From the NCBI RefSeq assembly GCF_004010195.1, contig NC_057718.1:68434401-68498400 (forward strand): a DNA stretch of 64,000 nucleotides, given 5' to 3'. This document shows positions 61,140-64,000 of the stretch, one piece after another; position 1 is the first letter of the stretch, and every line of letters starts with the position of its first letter. The notes beneath the pieces were generated by a model. It was not told the origin of the DNA. It did no database searches and was given only the letters and a program-made list of their open reading frames with translations. The translations under genes and the position numbers were made by a program. Origin of the DNA: Chiloscyllium plagiosum. Taxonomy: Eukaryota.

Positions 61140-63010
61140 CAAACACCTTGGACTTCTACCTGCCCACGGTCTCTTCATTGAAACCTGCTAGCACGTCATC
61201 AGCTATCTCAATTTCACTGCTGCTCTCACTCACTCTAACCTGTCCCCTTCTGAAATTGCTTTGTTCTCTTGGGTCCAACCCTAACTTTGTTATCAAACCT
61301 GCTGGAAAAGGTGGTCTGACACTGATCTTTACCTTGCTGAGGTTCAATGCCATTTCTCAAACACTTCTTCCTATTTTCCCCTGGACCTGAACAATCGCCA
61401 TACACCTCCATTTTCCTCGGTTTGGCTGAACTTGTTCTCTCACTGAACAATTTCTCCTTTTAATTCATCTGACTTCTGCCATGTCAAAGGAGTGTCTATG
61501 GGTACCAGCATGAGTCCCAGTTATGCATGTCTTTTTATAGTGTATGTGGAACAATTCTTGTTCCAGTCCTACCCTGGCCCCTTCTGACATTTTTTTTCAG
61601 TACATTGATGACCAAATTGGTGCCACTTCATGCTCCAAACTGAACTTTGAAAAGTTTGTTAGTTTTGTCTCCAATTTCCACCCCACTATAGCTTTCACAT
61701 CGTCCATTTCCAACACTTCCCTTCCTTTCGTTGATGTCTCCGTCTCCAAATTTTTCGGGGAATAAACTGTCCACTGCCATCCACTGACTTACATAGCTAC
61801 TTTCCCACCCCAGTCCTTCAAGGATTCCATCCCATTCTCCCAGTTCCTTCGCTATATGATATCTGTCCCGATAATGCCACTTTCCAAACCAGTGTTGCTT
61901 ACATGGTTTCCTTCTTCCATAATGCTGGTTTCCTGCCCACTGTGGTTGACAGGGCCCTCGACTGCATCCAACCTATCACCCAAGCTTCTGCCCTTGCCTC
62001 TTTCCATTGCTTGCAACAGCGTGATTGGGTCACCCTTGTTCTCACTTTTCACCTCACCAGCCACCACGCTCAAAGGATCATTCTCTGCCATTTCAGACAA
62101 CTCCAGCAGAACACCACCAGCAAACACATCTTCCCCTCAATCCCCAGTCTGCATTTCGTAGGGTTCATTCCCTCTCGGACACTCCAGTTCATTCCTTAAC
62201 CACCAACACCACCTTCCCTTCTCATGGCACCTTCCTGTGTAACTGCGGAAGGCGTATCACCTGTCCCTTCACCACCTCCCTGCTCACTATCCAAGAGCCT
62301 AAACAGTCTTTTCCGATGAAGTAGCATTTCACCTGTACCACCTCCAATCTTGTGTATTGTATTCACTGCACCCAACGTAGCCTATTCTACACTGGGGACA
62401 TTAACCCAGACTGGGTGACCACTTTGCAGGTCACCTCTAGTCCATTTGCAAGCAAGACCCCAACCTTGCCATAGCCAGTCATTTTAACGCAGCGTCTTGC
62501 TCTCATTCCACTTGTCTGTCCTTGGCATGCTGCAATGCTCCAGCCAATCACAGCGAAAACATGAGGAGCAACATCTCCTCTTCAAATTAGTCACTTTACA
62601 ACTTTCTGGGTTCAATATTGAGTTCAACACCTTCAAATTGTGGAGTAATTCCTTCCCTTTCATGTTACATTCTCTGTCACCATGTCGCCTCTCCCCTCCC
62701 TGGACTCCAGTGGCATTATCTGTTGTTTCCAGTCTGGCGGTTAGACATACCAGTGTTCTGCTCTTCTCACATTCCGATCATCTAATCTGAACTATCAACT
62801 ATTTCAACTTTCTTCTGCAGCACTTCAACCTCCCCTGACTATTGTATAAATGCTGCCTCCTCTACACTTCAGTTTAGCTCTCCCCATGAAAAGTCATCCT
62901 GACTCAAAACTTTAGCTTGTTTTTCTCCTTGGATGCTGCCTGACCAGCTGTGATCTCCAGCATTTTATGTTTTCAGTTCAGATTCCAGCATCTGCAGTAA
63001 TTTGCTCTTC
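61140..63010 (+). mobile_element. Old Penelope-like element fragment inverted relative to 57535-61135
   Basis: VIKPAGKGG, FFQYIDDQIGA (YIDD), GIY-YIG remnants near 62330-62630 and a pLTR at about 62885-63010. Confidence 0.85.
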
Positions 63011-63177
63011 CAATGAAGCGGCAGTTCATGTTGAAACATTATCAATCAAAATTAATGCTACCTTTTTTCCTAAGATCTAATAGCATATTAATAATTTATA
63101 TTGAAGAAAATAAAACAAATTCTATTCGGGGTCTAAATTAACATGAATGCAAGAGAACTTAATGCTTGTTCTCATCT

Positions 63178-63492
63178 GATAAAAATCACACAACACCAAG
63201 TTATAGTCCATCAGGTTTATTTGAAAGCACTGGCTTTCGAGGCGCTGCCTCATCATTAGATAGCTGTGGAAAGCTAGTCCTTTCAAATAAACATGTTGGA
63301 CTACAACTTGGTGTTGTATGATTTCTAACTTTGTCCTGAAGAAGGGCTCATGCCCGAAATGTCGATTCTCCTGCTCCTTGGATGCTGCCTGACCTGCTGC
63401 GCTTTTCCAGCAACACATTTTCAGCTCCGATCTCCAGCATCTGCAGTCCTCACTTTCTCCCACCCCATCCAACACTGGCACCTCCAAATCAT
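63178..63492. mobile_element. Third pLTR family as an inverted pair, with a first-family pLTR (63335-63460, +) nested in its right arm
   Basis: 63181-63238 is approximately the reverse complement of 63269-63326. The arm resumes as caccccatccaacactggcacctccaaatc after the nested copy. Confidence 0.75.
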
Positions 63493-63942
63493 CTGATAAA
63501 ATTACGCTTAGCTCTTTGAAATAGGATCTTTGAACTATATCTGATTGTAACTGAGTGACTGCATATTTTATGAATTTGTATGTAAATGTTGCAGCTCTTC
63601 ATCTAAAAGAGTGGCTGTTTTATTTCTTACGTCAGCCATCCTAGGGCCTCTTTTATGATTTAGGAAAATTGATTGTACAATTTTGTGCTGTGGCACATAG
63701 TGTTCAAACTGAAGTAAAACACCCAAAATTCAATTCATAAAGTGACAGTTCACAGAGGAGTCAGTTAATAGTCTTATCAGCTCTGAATGTGTACCCAAGC
63801 TGAAATAAAAGGCCAATGACTAATTCTGATCTCTGAGTGATTTATATTTGAATATTAGCCCAAACAGACTGTTATTTTAACTTTAAACAGACTAGACTCT
63901 AAAATGTATTGCCTCAAATGCGGTGGAGGTGGGTACCAATCA

Positions 63943-64000
63943 GGATTTGGAGATGCCGGTGTTGGACTGGGGTGTACCAAGTTAAAAATCACACAACACC
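63943..64000 (-). mobile_element. Another copy of the third pLTR family, cut by the window edge
   Basis: gatttggagatgccggtgttggactggggtgtaccaagttaaaaatcacacaacacc matches the reverse complement of the split arm at 63310-63490. Confidence 0.75.

Overview
Eukaryotic, repeat-dense intronic DNA from a cartilaginous fish. The shark assignment is inferred from HE1 V-SINEs, CR1/HER1-type LINEs and Penelope-like terminal repeats. The only host coding sequence I can support is two plus-strand exons of the palmitoyltransferase ZDHHC14 (34325-34486 and 57133-57270), which together encode the DHHC cysteine-rich domain and are separated by a 22,646-bp intron. The rest is intron filled with CR1, Rex1/Babar and L2/Crack-type LINEs, HE1 and other tRNA-derived SINEs, two solo LTRs and many Penelope-like element (PLE) pieces. 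Main signals: (1) the PLE terminal repeats carry a minimal hammerhead-ribozyme motif whose variation across copies and three families fits the ribozyme fold; (2) two templated insertions, one a PLE repeat fused to an inverted 133-bp copy of nearby DNA, the other a tail-less 1030-bp CR1 fragment between a 143-bp direct duplication; (3) inverted HE1 SINEs bracket the frame-symmetric DHHC exon, a back-splicing or skipping candidate; (4) a LINE 5' end appears to carry a tRNA-derived head directly upstream of its endonuclease. Repeat boundaries are by eye and approximate unless a target-site duplication (TSD) is quoted. Family names come from recalled consensus sequences, not database searches.
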